A DNA stretch of 64,000 nucleotides from contig CAWEXO010000011.1 in the NCBI GenBank assembly GCA_963813025.1, forward strand, positions 352,001 through 416,000. Direction: 5' to 3'. A program made the position numbers and the translations under genes. The notes beneath the pieces are model-generated. The model was given only the letters and a program-made list of their open reading frames with translations, did no database searches and had not been told where the DNA came from. Of the stretch, positions 1 to 10,026 are shown one piece after another; the stretch's first letter is position 1; each line of letters opens with the position of its first letter. The DNA is from an uncultured Verrucomicrobiae bacterium (GTDB lineage: Bacteria > Verrucomicrobiota > Verrucomicrobiia > Chthoniobacterales > JAFAMB01).

Positions 1-1
1 C

Positions 2-580
2 GGATACGTTACTCAGGAGACTTTTCTTTTTAACGGCACGATCCGGGAAAATCTCTTGCTCGGAAATGCGCGGGCTTCGGACAAAGAAATCGCCGCTGCA
101 ATAAAGGCGGCTAACGCCGAGCACTTTATCCGCCAATTACCGGATGGTCTCGAAACAAACGTCGGAGAGCGAGGCGTGAAATTGAGCGGGGGCGAAAAGC
201 AACGCATTTCCATTGCGCGCGCCCTTTTGAAAAATCCGCCTATCCTGGTCCTGGATGAGGCAACGGCTTCCGTGGATACGGAAACGGAACGGCAGATCCA
301 GGAAGCGCTCAATCGGCTTCTGGCTGGACGAACCAGCTTCGTGATCGCGCATCGGCTCTCGACCGTGCGCCACGCCGATCAGATCCTGGTGCTGCAGATG
401 GGGCACATCGTCGAGCGCGGCACGCATGAGGAGCTACTCCTCCAGGACGGCAAATATGCACAGCTTTGCCGCAGCGGTCTATTCCTGGAACTCGGCCAAA
501 TCAACGGGATCGAAACCGAGGAATTGGTATCCATCTCCGAGCCTGGGGCTCCTAAGGAAAACTCGCGCTTTGATCCGTAA
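2..580 (+). CDS. ABC transporter ATP-binding protein (ABCB/MsbA-like exporter), 5'-truncated by window edge
   Basis: Frame open from position 2 (GYVTQETFLFNGTIREN); signature LSGGEKQR, Walker B ILVLDEAT, H-loop IAHRLST. Confidence 0.92.
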   Translation, partial: GYVTQETFLFNGTIRENLLLGNARASDKEIAAAIKAANAEHFIRQLPDGLETNVGERGVKLSGGEKQRISIARALLKNPPILVLDEATASVDTETERQIQEALNRLLAGRTSFVIAHRLSTVRHADQILVLQMGHIVERGTHEELLLQDGKYAQLCRSGLFLELGQINGIETEELVSISEPGAPKENSRFDP

Positions 581-811
581 GGAAGTGTAGTGCCAGTGTC
601 AGTGTGTGTAGCGTCTCAGTGCTGTGTGTCGGTAAGCGACAGCTTATTCGAGCACCAGGCGAGAAACTTATTGTGCCGTAATGCCCGTGACAGTCTCACG
701 ATGGGTAATTTCACGGGAAACAATCAATTCGGAGAAAATGGGACAGAGATCGTTGAAGGTACAACCGCAAAAACTCACCACACTGGCTAGCACTAGCACT
801 GGCATCCTGAG

Positions 812-873
812 CTCCTGCAACTCCTGCAACTCCTTGAACTCCTTGAACTCCTCGAACTCCTCGAACTCCTGAA
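812..873 (+). repeat. 9-bp tandem array (CTCCTGCAA)2(CTCCTTGAA)2(CTCCTCGAA)2 plus partial unit
   Basis: Read directly; abuts the hrpB TTG start. Confidence 0.9.
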
Positions 874-874
874 C

Positions 875-3397
875 TTGAACAACTCTCTCCCCATCTTCGA
901 ACTCGAACACCAGATCGTCGAATGTCTCCGAGCATGTCCCCGCCTGGTTTTGCAGGCTCCGACTGGCTCGGGCAAGTCGACCCAGGTACCCCAGATACTG
1001 CGCGACAGCGGGGTTTCCGGCGATGGCCAGATCATCATTTTGCAGCCGCGCCGCTTACCTACCCGCATGCTGGCTGCCCGGATCGCGCAAGAGCGGAGTA
1101 CTCGTTTGGGCGAGGAGGTCGGCTACCAGATTCGGCTCGACAACGTTTCTAGTCCGCGAACCAAAATCCGTTTTGTTACTGAAGGTGTGCTGCTCCGGCA
1201 GATGGTCGGCGATCCTGCCCTCCGGGGCGTGTCTGTCGTTATCTTTGATGAGTTCCACGAGCGGCACCTCTATGGGGATGTGGCACTCGCGCGGGCCCGG
1301 GAGATTCAGCAAACGACGCGGCCCGACCTCAAAATCGTCGTCATGTCCGCGACGCTCGATACCAGGCTGGTGTGTTCTTATCTGGACCCTTGTGAAGTGC
1401 TGACCTCCGCCGGACGGACATTCCCGGTCACCGTTGAATTTCTCAAACGCCAGGTCGTTGATGAGCCGCCTTGGGAATTGGCTGCCGATGCCCTGCTTCA
1501 AGCGGAGGACGATGGCGGCGACGTCCTGATTTTTATGCCGGGCGCATACGAAATCGCCCGCACCATCGAGGAGATAAAGCGGGCGAAGTTTCGCGGGATC
1601 ATCCTTCCGCTCCACGGAGACCTCTCTCCGCGGGCTCAGGACGCGGCGGTGGCTGGTTACCCTCAACGCAAGGTCGTTGTCTCGACCAACGTGGCCGAGA
1701 CGTCGTTGACCATCGACGGCGTTACTCTGGTCATTGATAGCGGTCTGGCCAAGATCGCGAAATACGATCCGCATCGCGGCATCAACACGCTGATCGTTGG
1801 GAAGATCAGCCGGGCCGCGGCAGAGCAGCGGGCCGGTCGAGCCGGTCGGACCGCCCCCGGCAAATGTCTTCGTCTTTGGCCGGAGAAAGACCATCTCGAG
1901 CGTCGCGCGCAAGACCTGCCGGAGATCAGGCGTCTTGACCTGGCGGAGGTCGTCTTAAATCTCAAGGCCTCAGGCGTAACCGATCTCCCACGTTTCGGCT
2001 GGATCGAACCTCCCGAGATCAAGTCGCTGGCCCGAGCAACCGAGCTGCTCGAGGACCTGGGCGCGATCGATCGCCGGACCGCGGTCATTACCTCGCTCGG
2101 CCGGCGCATGCTTTCCTTCCCGGTACACCCCCGGTATTCGCGGATGTTGCTGATGGCCAATGAACTGGGTTGCGTGGGAAGCGTCGCGCTGATCGCCGCG
2201 CTTACCCAGGAGCGTTCTCTCCTTCGGAAAAGTGAAAGCCAGCAACTCGATCACGAGCGCGAGCTGCTCCTCGGGAACGAAGCCGAATCCGATTTCCTGA
2301 TCCTCATCCGGGCGTGGCTCTACGCGCTTGAACATGGCCCCGATCAGGCGCGCCGCCTGGGTCTTCGTTTTAGAGTTGCCCAGCAAGTTGACCTGCTTTA
2401 CCGGCAATTTTTGGACCTGGCCAAGGCCGAGGGCCTCACCATCAATTCTCCGCCAGACCGGTTTTCGGCAGAGGCGCTCGGCAAGTGCCTGCTGGCGGGG
2501 TTTTCCGATCATCTGGCAAAGCGAACAGACGCCGGTACGCTTCGTTGCGATCTGGTTCATCATCGCCAAGGTGTCCTCGCGCGAGAAAGCGTGGTCCAAA
2601 AGAGCCCATTGCTGGTGGCGGCAGAGATCAGAGAGATCCAAGGCCGGGATGAGGAACTGCTGGTTCTCCTCTCCTTGGCGACCGCTGTCCGCGAGGAATG
2701 GTTGCGAGAACTCTATCCGGACGATCTCCGCGAGACAGACGATCTCGCTTACGATCCGGGTTTGCGCCGAGTGATTGCCCGGCGAACGCTCCGGTTTCGG
2801 GAGCTCTCTCTGCGAGTTACGCAGACTACTCCGGAACCGAACGAGCAGACGGCTCGGGTGCTGGCAGCCGAGGTCCTGCAGGGACGCTGTCCGCTTTCCC
2901 ACTGGACCCATGAGGTGGACCAATGGATCGCTCGGCTTAATTGTTTGGCGGAGTGGATGCCCGAACTGCGCCTGCCAGCGATCGGGACGGCAGAACGACA
3001 GGATCTCGTGAGCCAGATTTGTCTCGGCGCCACTTCCTACCGCGAAATCAAAGAGCGTCCGGTTTGGCCCGTGGTAAAGTCGTGGCTTTCGGCGAAGCAA
3101 CAATCTTTGCTCGATCGTCTCGCGCCGGAACGCATTGAGTTGCCCCAAGGCAGACGCGCCAAACTCAGCTACACTGAGGGCCAGTCGCCAATCCTCTCAG
3201 CGCGGATCCAAGATCTCTATGGCGTCGACGGATCCCTGAAAGTCTGCAGCGGCCGTGTGCCCGTATTGATCCACGTTCTGGCGCCAAACCATCGTCCCGT
3301 CCAGATCACCCGTGACCTCAACACGTTCTGGCAGGAAGCTTATCCCAAAATCAGGCAAGAGCTGAAACGGAAGTATCCCAAACACGAATGGCGATAG
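875..3397 (+). CDS. hrpB: ATP-dependent RNA helicase HrpB
   Basis: APTGSGKST, DEFHER, MSAT, QRAGRAGR motifs and HrpB C-terminus (LAPNHRPVQIT...RKYPKHEW). Confidence 0.95.
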   Translation: MNNSLPIFELEHQIVECLRACPRLVLQAPTGSGKSTQVPQILRDSGVSGDGQIIILQPRRLPTRMLAARIAQERSTRLGEEVGYQIRLDNVSSPRTKIRFVTEGVLLRQMVGDPALRGVSVVIFDEFHERHLYGDVALARAREIQQTTRPDLKIVVMSATLDTRLVCSYLDPCEVLTSAGRTFPVTVEFLKRQVVDEPPWELAADALLQAEDDGGDVLIFMPGAYEIARTIEEIKRAKFRGIILPLHGDLSPRAQDAAVAGYPQRKVVVSTNVAETSLTIDGVTLVIDSGLAKIAKYDPHRGINTLIVGKISRAAAEQRAGRAGRTAPGKCLRLWPEKDHLERRAQDLPEIRRLDLAEVVLNLKASGVTDLPRFGWIEPPEIKSLARATELLEDLGAIDRRTAVITSLGRRMLSFPVHPRYSRMLLMANELGCVGSVALIAALTQERSLLRKSESQQLDHERELLLGNEAESDFLILIRAWLYALEHGPDQARRLGLRFRVAQQVDLLYRQFLDLAKAEGLTINSPPDRFSAEALGKCLLAGFSDHLAKRTDAGTLRCDLVHHRQGVLARESVVQKSPLLVAAEIREIQGRDEELLVLLSLATAVREEWLRELYPDDLRETDDLAYDPGLRRVIARRTLRFRELSLRVTQTTPEPNEQTARVLAAEVLQGRCPLSHWTHEVDQWIARLNCLAEWMPELRLPAIGTAERQDLVSQICLGATSYREIKERPVWPVVKSWLSAKQQSLLDRLAPERIELPQGRRAKLSYTEGQSPILSARIQDLYGVDGSLKVCSGRVPVLIHVLAPNHRPVQITRDLNTFWQEAYPKIRQELKRKYPKHEWR

Positions 3398-3401
3398 TTG
3401 G

Positions 3402-3650
3402 CAGCTGAGCAGCTGGTCAGGTAACAGTCAATCGAGCGGAGGGAGCGGCTTCAGCGGCGCGAGGTAGCTGGGCAGCTGAAGAACTCCGAACAGGTTGGTA
3501 TCCTGATGTTAAAATAGCTTCCGATTATTCGGCGTCTGAGCGGATCGTCAGTTTTTCAGTTCCTGAGCTTACACGCTACCTTCCTCCGCTGAAGCCGCTC
3601 CCTCCGCTCCCTCCGCTCGATTGACTGTTACCTGACCAGTTGCTCAGCTT
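3402..3650. repeat. ~250-bp palindromic (MITE/ERIC-like) element, copy A
   Basis: Arms of about 60 bp (CAGCTGAGCAGCTGGTCAGGTAACAGTCAATCGAGCGGAGGGAGCGG...) in inverted orientation; homologous to 5712-5971 and 13966-14220. Confidence 0.88.
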
Positions 3651-4628
3651 TAGAATCTTCTCCGTCGCATCGGCAATCTCTTCCGCGTGCGACAATCGGT
3701 TGCACCAATCTCGCGGTATTCCCGAAAATCCCAGACGACCGGCGAGCCATGCGCCGATCAGGGCTGCCCGCCCGGCGTTATCGCCGCCCGCTTTGACTGT
3801 TTCCAGAATCGCTGTCTCGAAACTGTCGGAGTGTCGCAAAAAAGCATGGATCGCCGAGGGAAAACTGTGCTCCAGGGGACACGACTGGCCGAGTTCCAGG
3901 GTTGTTTCGATCACGTCCTTGGGCAGGTGCTGGACACCCTGGTTGCTCAGACGCACAATTTCCAAGCCGCTCGGGGTTTTTGACCAGATCGCCTCATTCT
4001 GCGTCTCGACAAGTGCGTCGCTAACCTCTAATCCATCGAGGATCTTTGCCAGAAACAGCGCGGAAAACAGCGCGCAACCGATCGCGAGATCATTGTTTTG
4101 ACAAACGCGCGCCAGCGACTCGACAATCGAGGGCAGGTTCGGGTCGCGCCAATAGCGCACCACGACGCTGGCCAGACGCGACGCCGTTGCAAGTTGATCA
4201 TCGTCCGCCCCTTGTTGGAAATCGAATTCATCTGCTGAGCTCCGCTCGGTAAACTGGTCAAAAATCTGCACTGTGTCCCGGGTAGCGTGATCCAGGTACC
4301 CAGAATAAGTCTTATCGCGGAAAGTGTTCACAAATCGCCGCCCAAAACTTCTCGGATCAAATCCACCATCCTCTGCCATCGTCTTGGCCAAGAGCAAAGC
4401 CGCATCGCCGTAGTGGGTCTGGTCGCCCGAACTCTTGCCGGCGTGGTAATGGTTCGGCAATGGCTTTTCAAAACCGCGAACACCTCCCGGAAATTTCGCC
4501 TTCTGCTTTGCCAGATCATAGATCCAGTGCGTGCCCAAAGCCGCCGCGTCACCAACGAATTGTCCCCAAATGGCGCCTCGGAGCCGATCGACCAAGTTCC
4601 GCTTCTCAGTACCTTCTCCCGCAATCAT
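3576..4628 (-). CDS. ADP-ribosylglycohydrolase family protein (crystallin J1/SelJ-like subgroup)
   Basis: RLRGAIWGQFVGDAAALGTHWIYD N-terminus and GGDNAGRAALIGA C-terminal motif. Confidence 0.85.
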   Translation of the reverse strand: MIAGEGTEKRNLVDRLRGAIWGQFVGDAAALGTHWIYDLAKQKAKFPGGVRGFEKPLPNHYHAGKSSGDQTHYGDAALLLAKTMAEDGGFDPRSFGRRFVNTFRDKTYSGYLDHATRDTVQIFDQFTERSSADEFDFQQGADDDQLATASRLASVVVRYWRDPNLPSIVESLARVCQNNDLAIGCALFSALFLAKILDGLEVSDALVETQNEAIWSKTPSGLEIVRLSNQGVQHLPKDVIETTLELGQSCPLEHSFPSAIHAFLRHSDSFETAILETVKAGGDNAGRAALIGAWLAGRLGFSGIPRDWCNRLSHAEEIADATEKILKLSNWSGNSQSSGGSGGSGFSGGR

Positions 4629-4751
4629 ACCCCGAAGTTAGTGGACGGAACTCTTTGATGCAAAAATTGCTACTGCTCAACATTTGAACTTTAGTGGTTC
4701 TTGCGCAATGGATCTCGTCGTCGATAGCGGCGGATGTGACGAAAGCTGTAA

Positions 4752-5711
4752 ATGATAATCGTGCGTTGGCTAAAAATTCTGCCCTTGATTGGACTGGGTT
4801 GGGTTGTCTTCGAAGGTGTTCCGGCACAAGCCTCTCCTTCTCACCGATCCAGCAAAACATCAAAGAAATCGACGACCTCGGAGCATGCCAGACACCATGC
4901 GAAGCACTCAACGACGAGCGAGCGGAGCTCCGTTTCCCGCGGCAAGGGTTCGCGCCGGCACAGAGATAAGATCGCCCGGAGCAGCCACTACCACCACTCG
5001 CGCCGGCATTTTGCCGCTCGACGGGACCAAGGACCGCGACAAGAGCGGCCGCCGGAAGAGGTTTTGCCACCGGGACACAGGTTTACTCCTGAAGAAAAGG
5101 CAGAGGTCAGCGCACTCGGTGTCTATGTGGAGAACGGCATGTGGAAAGACGCCCTGAAGTTCTCGACGAAAGCGGTGAGAGCACATCCGGAACGTTGGTG
5201 GTTGCAAGCAGCGCGGGCAGCAGCGGCGGCCAATCTCGATCGGCCGAAAGACGTCATCGATGCCGTCGATCAGGCGCTCCAAACGAACAATGGAGACGCT
5301 AATCACGTGAATCTGGCGGAACTCTACACTTTGAAAGCCAATGCGCTTAGCCGGCTCAACCGGAAAGCTGAGGCGATTAACACATTTAACCTTGCGGCGC
5401 AAACAGCTCCCAAGGACGCCTACAGCCGCGCGGGAGCTGCGTGGCTTTACGCGACCTGCAAAGACGCCTCGATCCGAAACGGCGACTCAGCGGTCGCGCT
5501 GGCGACTGAGGCAGCGAACCTGACCCTGCAGCGAGACGCGACTGTGCTTGACGTGCTGGCTGCCGCCTACGCCGAGAAGGGCGATTTCGCCGCGGCCCAG
5601 CATTGGGAAGGCAAAGCGATCCTCGGCACCAACGCCCAGGACGCACCCTATTTTCAGCAGCGGTTGCAATTCTATCAGGCCGGCAAGCCCTGGCGCGAAG
5701 ACAGCCACTGA
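4752..5711 (+). CDS. Exported TPR-repeat protein with basic His/Ser/Arg-rich N-terminal region
   Basis: Signal peptide; TPR-like helices; AWLYAT...RNG..AV.LA...LDVLAAAYAE.GDF motif. Confidence 0.8.
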   Translation: MIIVRWLKILPLIGLGWVVFEGVPAQASPSHRSSKTSKKSTTSEHARHHAKHSTTSERSSVSRGKGSRRHRDKIARSSHYHHSRRHFAARRDQGPRQERPPEEVLPPGHRFTPEEKAEVSALGVYVENGMWKDALKFSTKAVRAHPERWWLQAARAAAAANLDRPKDVIDAVDQALQTNNGDANHVNLAELYTLKANALSRLNRKAEAINTFNLAAQTAPKDAYSRAGAAWLYATCKDASIRNGDSAVALATEAANLTLQRDATVLDVLAAAYAEKGDFAAAQHWEGKAILGTNAQDAPYFQQRLQFYQAGKPWREDSH

Positions 5712-5971
5712 CAGCTGAGCAGCTGATCAGGTAACAGTCATTTGAGCGGAGGGAGCGGCGGGAGCGGCTTCAGCGGAAAGAGGTAGCGTGAAAGCTCAGA
5801 AACTGTAAAACTGGCCACGTGCCTAGATCAGGAATGACCGTGGAATATTTTTACCACAGGGAATGACAACCTGTTCGGAGTTGTTCAACTGCGCAGTTAC
5901 CTCCCGCCGATGAAGCCGCTCCCGCCGCTCCCTCCGCTCAGATGACTCTTACCTGGTCAGCTGCTCAGCTG
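5712..5971. repeat. ~250-bp palindromic element, copy B (core opposite to copy A)
   Basis: CAGCTGAGCAGCTG termini in inverted orientation; arm and core similarity to copy A. Confidence 0.88.
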
Positions 5972-7145
5972 GATGGATGGTCGGGAGTAACTGATAGGAC
6001 CCGTTAGGGACCGCGTAGGCATAGGGATGCGCTGCGTCCGGGACTGTGGGGTATTGGTAAAGGTCATCGGGCGGCGTGCCGGGCGAGGGTCGCAGAATCG
6101 TTACCGATTGCCTGGTCATGCCCGGCGATAGCTTGATGTTACGCATCGTGGTCAAATGATACGGCTGGTTCAGCACGAATTCCCTTTCCGCTTCGCGTTT
6201 TCTCGTATTCGTGACCATAACAAAGTCCGGCGTTCCAACCTTAGCCATCGCCGAGAAGGCTGCAAAACGGCTATGGCGCACATCATCAAGGACCACCGGT
6301 GGCCGTTCGTCTTCGACACCGTAAGTGAGCTGGACGTTGCGCACGGTGAGACCTTGCACGTGGTGCGCGTACAATCCGTAGGCAGGCAATATCCCAAACA
6401 TGCTGGGTTCCGGATATTCGCGCGGCGCTGCCGGAACGTTGTACGGATCGTTAATCCACGCGCCCATGCCACCGTTAGCCTGCGGATCCCAGCTGATGCG
6501 AGGCAACAGCTCCTCGTTATGATCTGCGGAGGATCCGTTGACCATCCCGGTGATGGACTCGGTAGCAGGTTCGGCCTGATACGCCGTGTACTGATGCTGG
6601 AGAGTGATTTGGCGCTGATCGATCGCATCCTGCAGCTTCAATCCGCCTCGATACTCGACGCTCACGTTGCTGATGCTTACATTCTGTACGGGGTGGCCTA
6701 CCAGTCCCGCGATCAATCCCATCGCGATTGCTGTCGACTAGAATCCTGTCGATGGTCCAATTTCGGACCCCGGTTCCCAGAATCCCGAAATGACCGCCGT
6801 ATTTGATTCTGAAGTCGCGCAAGACAATGTCGTCGGCGTTCTTGAGTGCAATTGCCTTATTCGCCCCGCCTGGATTGCCGGCCGCTGTGCGGACCGTGAC
6901 TTCGTCCGGATCAGAACTAGACAACACCGGACCTTTTGCATTGGGCAAAGCCCTCACGCCGCTTCCGGTCGCGAGCGGGATCCGCGAGCCGAGCCCGTCA
7001 TCAAACACCTCGGCGTTCGCGGGCGACTGACACACGATCGAGGTGGAAAGGAGACCAACTGAAGCCAAAATAGTCAGACAACTTGGGGCGCTCTTGGCCG
7101 CAGGCACAGAGAATCTCATAACTTTAGGCACGAGGAGATTTTTCA
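5949..7145 (-). pseudogene. Glycoside hydrolase family 28-like (pectin-lyase fold) gene with internal deletion and frame break near 6715
   Basis: ORF 6517-7227 has signal peptide, ANKAIALK, GGHFGIL and NRDGID; it then jumps to the C-terminal part in another frame (IAGLVGHPVQNV...YPEPSMFGILPAYGLY); the central catalytic segment is missing. Confidence 0.7.
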
Positions 7146-7377
7146 TAGAGGGATGGGGAACGATGTCGTTCGTTTTGTTGATCAATTTAGCGGCGGATGA
7201 AAGTCGGCGGCGTCGAGAAAAGGGCATTCCCGTCGCTGGGCAAGGTGGCGCCTACCGTGCTCTTGCCAGAACCGGAAACCCCTATGAGAAACACGGCTCT
7301 GGGCCCACTATCGGGCATATAGAAAACTTTGTGCTTCGGTCTGTTGCAAATCAGTCAGATGCTGCGGTAGAACGCGA

Positions 7378-8706
7378 TCATCGCTTCTCCAATTCGAGCG
7401 CTGACAGCTCCTCGAATTTGGGCGCGAACAGATGGTTAAGCGCGAACGCGACTAGATAGGCAAAAGCGCAGATGAGGAACAAAACGGTGTAGCCACCGGT
7501 GACATTGCCGGCGGCTGTGAACTTGTCCAACAAGAGGCCGCAGACGATCGGGAAAACCATCCCCCCAGTTGAACCCGCTGCGCTGCCTAAGCCGATAAGA
7601 GATGCCACCGCGTCCTTCGGGAACATGTCAGAAGCCGTTGAGTAGAGGTTCGCCGACCACGCCTGGTGCGCAGACCCCGCCAGCGCAATCAGGAAAACTG
7701 CACTCCAGTTGCCGACACTTGTAGCAAACAAAATCGGCACCACACAGAGCGCAAAAAAGAACATCGAGGTTTTGCGCGCGCGAGTAACACTCCAGCCACG
7801 CTTCATCAGGTACCCTGGCAACCAGCCACCGATATTGCTGAGCACTGTGATGATTGCGTAGATCGTCGCCAGATGCATCCAACTGTGCGCGATGTCGAGA
7901 TTGCGCGTCTTTTTAAAATAATCGGGCAGCCAGATAAGGAAAAACCACCAGACCGGATCGGTCAGAAATCTTGCGACGATGATGGACCACGCTTGACGGT
8001 ATTTGAACAAGCTTAGCCCAGGGACCTTGCCGGCACCTTCAGCGTGCGATTCGTCGCGGTCACTCTGGATGTAAGCAAGCTCGTCGGCGCTCAGGCGTTT
8101 CTCTCGCTCCGGCACGTTGTAAAGCGGGATCCAGAAAGCCAACCAGATAAAACCTGCGACCCCTGCCACGATGAACGCCATTTGCCAGCCCCAGGTGAGC
8201 GCAATCCATGGGATGATGATCGGGGCAATGACTGGCCCGAAATTTGAACCCGAATTAAATAAGCTCGTGGCGAAGGTCCGTTCTTTCTTGGGGAACCAGA
8301 GCGCCACTGTTTTAATCGACGAAGGAAAATTACCGGCTTCACTTATTCCCAAACAGATGCGAGCGGCGAAAAATCCACCTACGCTAGTCACGAGCGCATG
8401 CCCCATCGCTGCGATGCTCCACCCGGTAATCGAAAGGGCATATCCGATTTTGCTTCCCAAGCGGTCTACCAAATATCCGAAGATTAGTCCGCCGACGGCC
8501 TAGGCGCCTTGGAAAGCTGAGTTCACCGCGCCAAACTCCTCATTGCTCCAGTGCAGTTGATTATCGAGGATCGGCTTTAGCAGGGACAGAATTTGCCGGT
8601 CCATGTAGTTGACCGTCGTTGCGAAGAATAACAGCCCACAAACCACCCACCGATAGCGTCCGATGGTGGTTCGGGTTTCGGGCTTAGCTTTCAGATCTTG
8701 TAACAT
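7378..8706 (-). pseudogene. exuT: MFS hexuronate transporter (ExuT-like) interrupted by in-frame TAG at 8500-8502
   Basis: RYRWVVCGLLFFATTVNYMDRQ start; SAFQGA*AVGGLIFGYLVDRLG continues in frame; RFLTDPVWWFFLIWLP and AHQAWSANL motifs. Confidence 0.82.
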
Positions 8707-8735
8707 TTCTTCCTCCTTTCATTGGCTACCCTCTA

Positions 8736-9896
8736 GTCACATGTCTCTTAAATAATAGTGACATTTATTTCTCCTCAAGAGCGGCCTGCCAAGCGCGCTG
8801 GATCTTGGCCAGAATCTCTTCTCCTTGAGCCCTCCAAACATAACGCTTCGGATGGAGATTATGTTGAGCCAGGTATTGCATGATCGCCTCAACCAGTTGG
8901 CCGACACTGCCAAAGCTGCCGGGCAGGATCGTCTGCTGGCTCAGATCGCGGAAGAAGCGCTCGACCATATTCATCCAGGAGGAACTGGTTGGGGTAAAGT
9001 GCAGTTCGAAACGCGGATGGCGTTCCAACCAACGCCGGACGCTCGGATGTTTGTGAGTGGCGTAATTGTCCAGAATGATGTGGATGTGTTGGCTCACGGG
9101 GATCTCCCGGTCAATGCGCTTGAGGAATTCGAGCCATTGGCGGTGCGTGTGTTTGTGAGCGGTGTGGGCGATTACTTTTCCCTGCAGGTAGTCGAGCGCG
9201 GCAAAGAGGGTGACCGTGCCATTGCGATAGTAATCGTGGGTTTGGGTACGAATATGCCCTTTGCCCAGCGGCAGACCGGGTTGGCTGCGTTGCAGCGCTT
9301 GGATCTGGCTTTTCTCGTCACAGCAAAGCACCACCGCATTCTGGGGCGGATTGAGGTAGAGCCCGATCACGTCCCAAAACTTCGCTTCAAAGTCCGGATC
9401 GGTCGAAAGCTTAAAGACCCGTGTCAGATGCGGCTTGATTTCATTCTCGCTCCAAACCCGCTGCACGGTTGCCTTGGACAGTCCCAACTCCCGAGCCATT
9501 GCTCGACAAGTCCAGCGCGCTTGACCGTGCGGAGGCCGGGTGGCTTGATCGAGGATCTGCCGCAAGACAGCGGCTGCAATGCGGCCCTTACGGCCCGAGC
9601 GCGGCTGATCCTGCAAAGCGGCCAGCCCGCCTTCGCTGAAGCGCCTTCGCCACTTCCTGACTTGGTTATAGTGCATATCGACCTCTCGGCCGATGCTCCG
9701 ATCCCTTTTGCCTGCTGCCGCCAACTGGATCACTCGCGCCCGTTGGGCCAAGCCATGAGGAGTGCTTTGGGCGCGCAGCAATTGCTGCAGTCGCTGCTCT
9801 TCAGCCGAACTCAATTCCACTTTTCGCCGCGCCCGCTTAGCCATGCAGCCAGCGAAGCATTTTTCTCTTAGAATGTCACTATTATTTAAGAGACAC
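8736..9896 (-). mobile_element. IS630-family insertion sequence
   Basis: 24-bp perfect inverted repeat TGTCTCTTAAATAATAGTGACATT (8742-8765 / 9872-9895); TA within CTAG at both flanks. Confidence 0.93.
8765..9844 (-). CDS. IS630-family DDE transposase
   Basis: HTH N-terminus; CDEKSQIQAL, LDNYATHK, FTPTSSSWMNMVE. Confidence 0.95.
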   Translation of the reverse strand: MAKRARRKVELSSAEEQRLQQLLRAQSTPHGLAQRARVIQLAAAGKRDRSIGREVDMHYNQVRKWRRRFSEGGLAALQDQPRSGRKGRIAAAVLRQILDQATRPPHGQARWTCRAMARELGLSKATVQRVWSENEIKPHLTRVFKLSTDPDFEAKFWDVIGLYLNPPQNAVVLCCDEKSQIQALQRSQPGLPLGKGHIRTQTHDYYRNGTVTLFAALDYLQGKVIAHTAHKHTHRQWLEFLKRIDREIPVSQHIHIILDNYATHKHPSVRRWLERHPRFELHFTPTSSSWMNMVERFFRDLSQQTILPGSFGSVGQLVEAIMQYLAQHNLHPKRYVWRAQGEEILAKIQRAWQAALEEK

Positions 9897-10026
9897 TAGA
9901 CTAGTCCCGAATCAACGTTCCATCGCGATCAATCCAAGGTAAGCTGCAAAAGCGGATGACAGTTAAACCTCCGGAAGTCCAACGCCCGGCGCTTGACCCT
10001 CCGGCTTTTCTTCTGCGCCGACTGTT

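Noticed and set aside
1055..3148. Long antisense ORFs over hrpB, and similar ones over uxaE, the lipase, LacI and the lipoprotein
   Set aside because: Expected from GC-rich codon bias opposite well-supported genes.
875..5711. HrpB, ADP-ribosylglycohydrolase and TPR genes as a defence system
   Set aside because: The genes are convergent or divergent rather than operonic, and hrpB is an ordinary housekeeping-type helicase.
8500..8502. Pyrrolysine or stop-codon reassignment
   Set aside because: No pyl genes in the window, and TAG terminates hrpB, purC, rpoZ and other genes normally.
8825..9871. 348-aa plus-strand ORF (also 49501-50280)
   Set aside because: Antisense shadow of IS630 transposases with no recognisable motifs.
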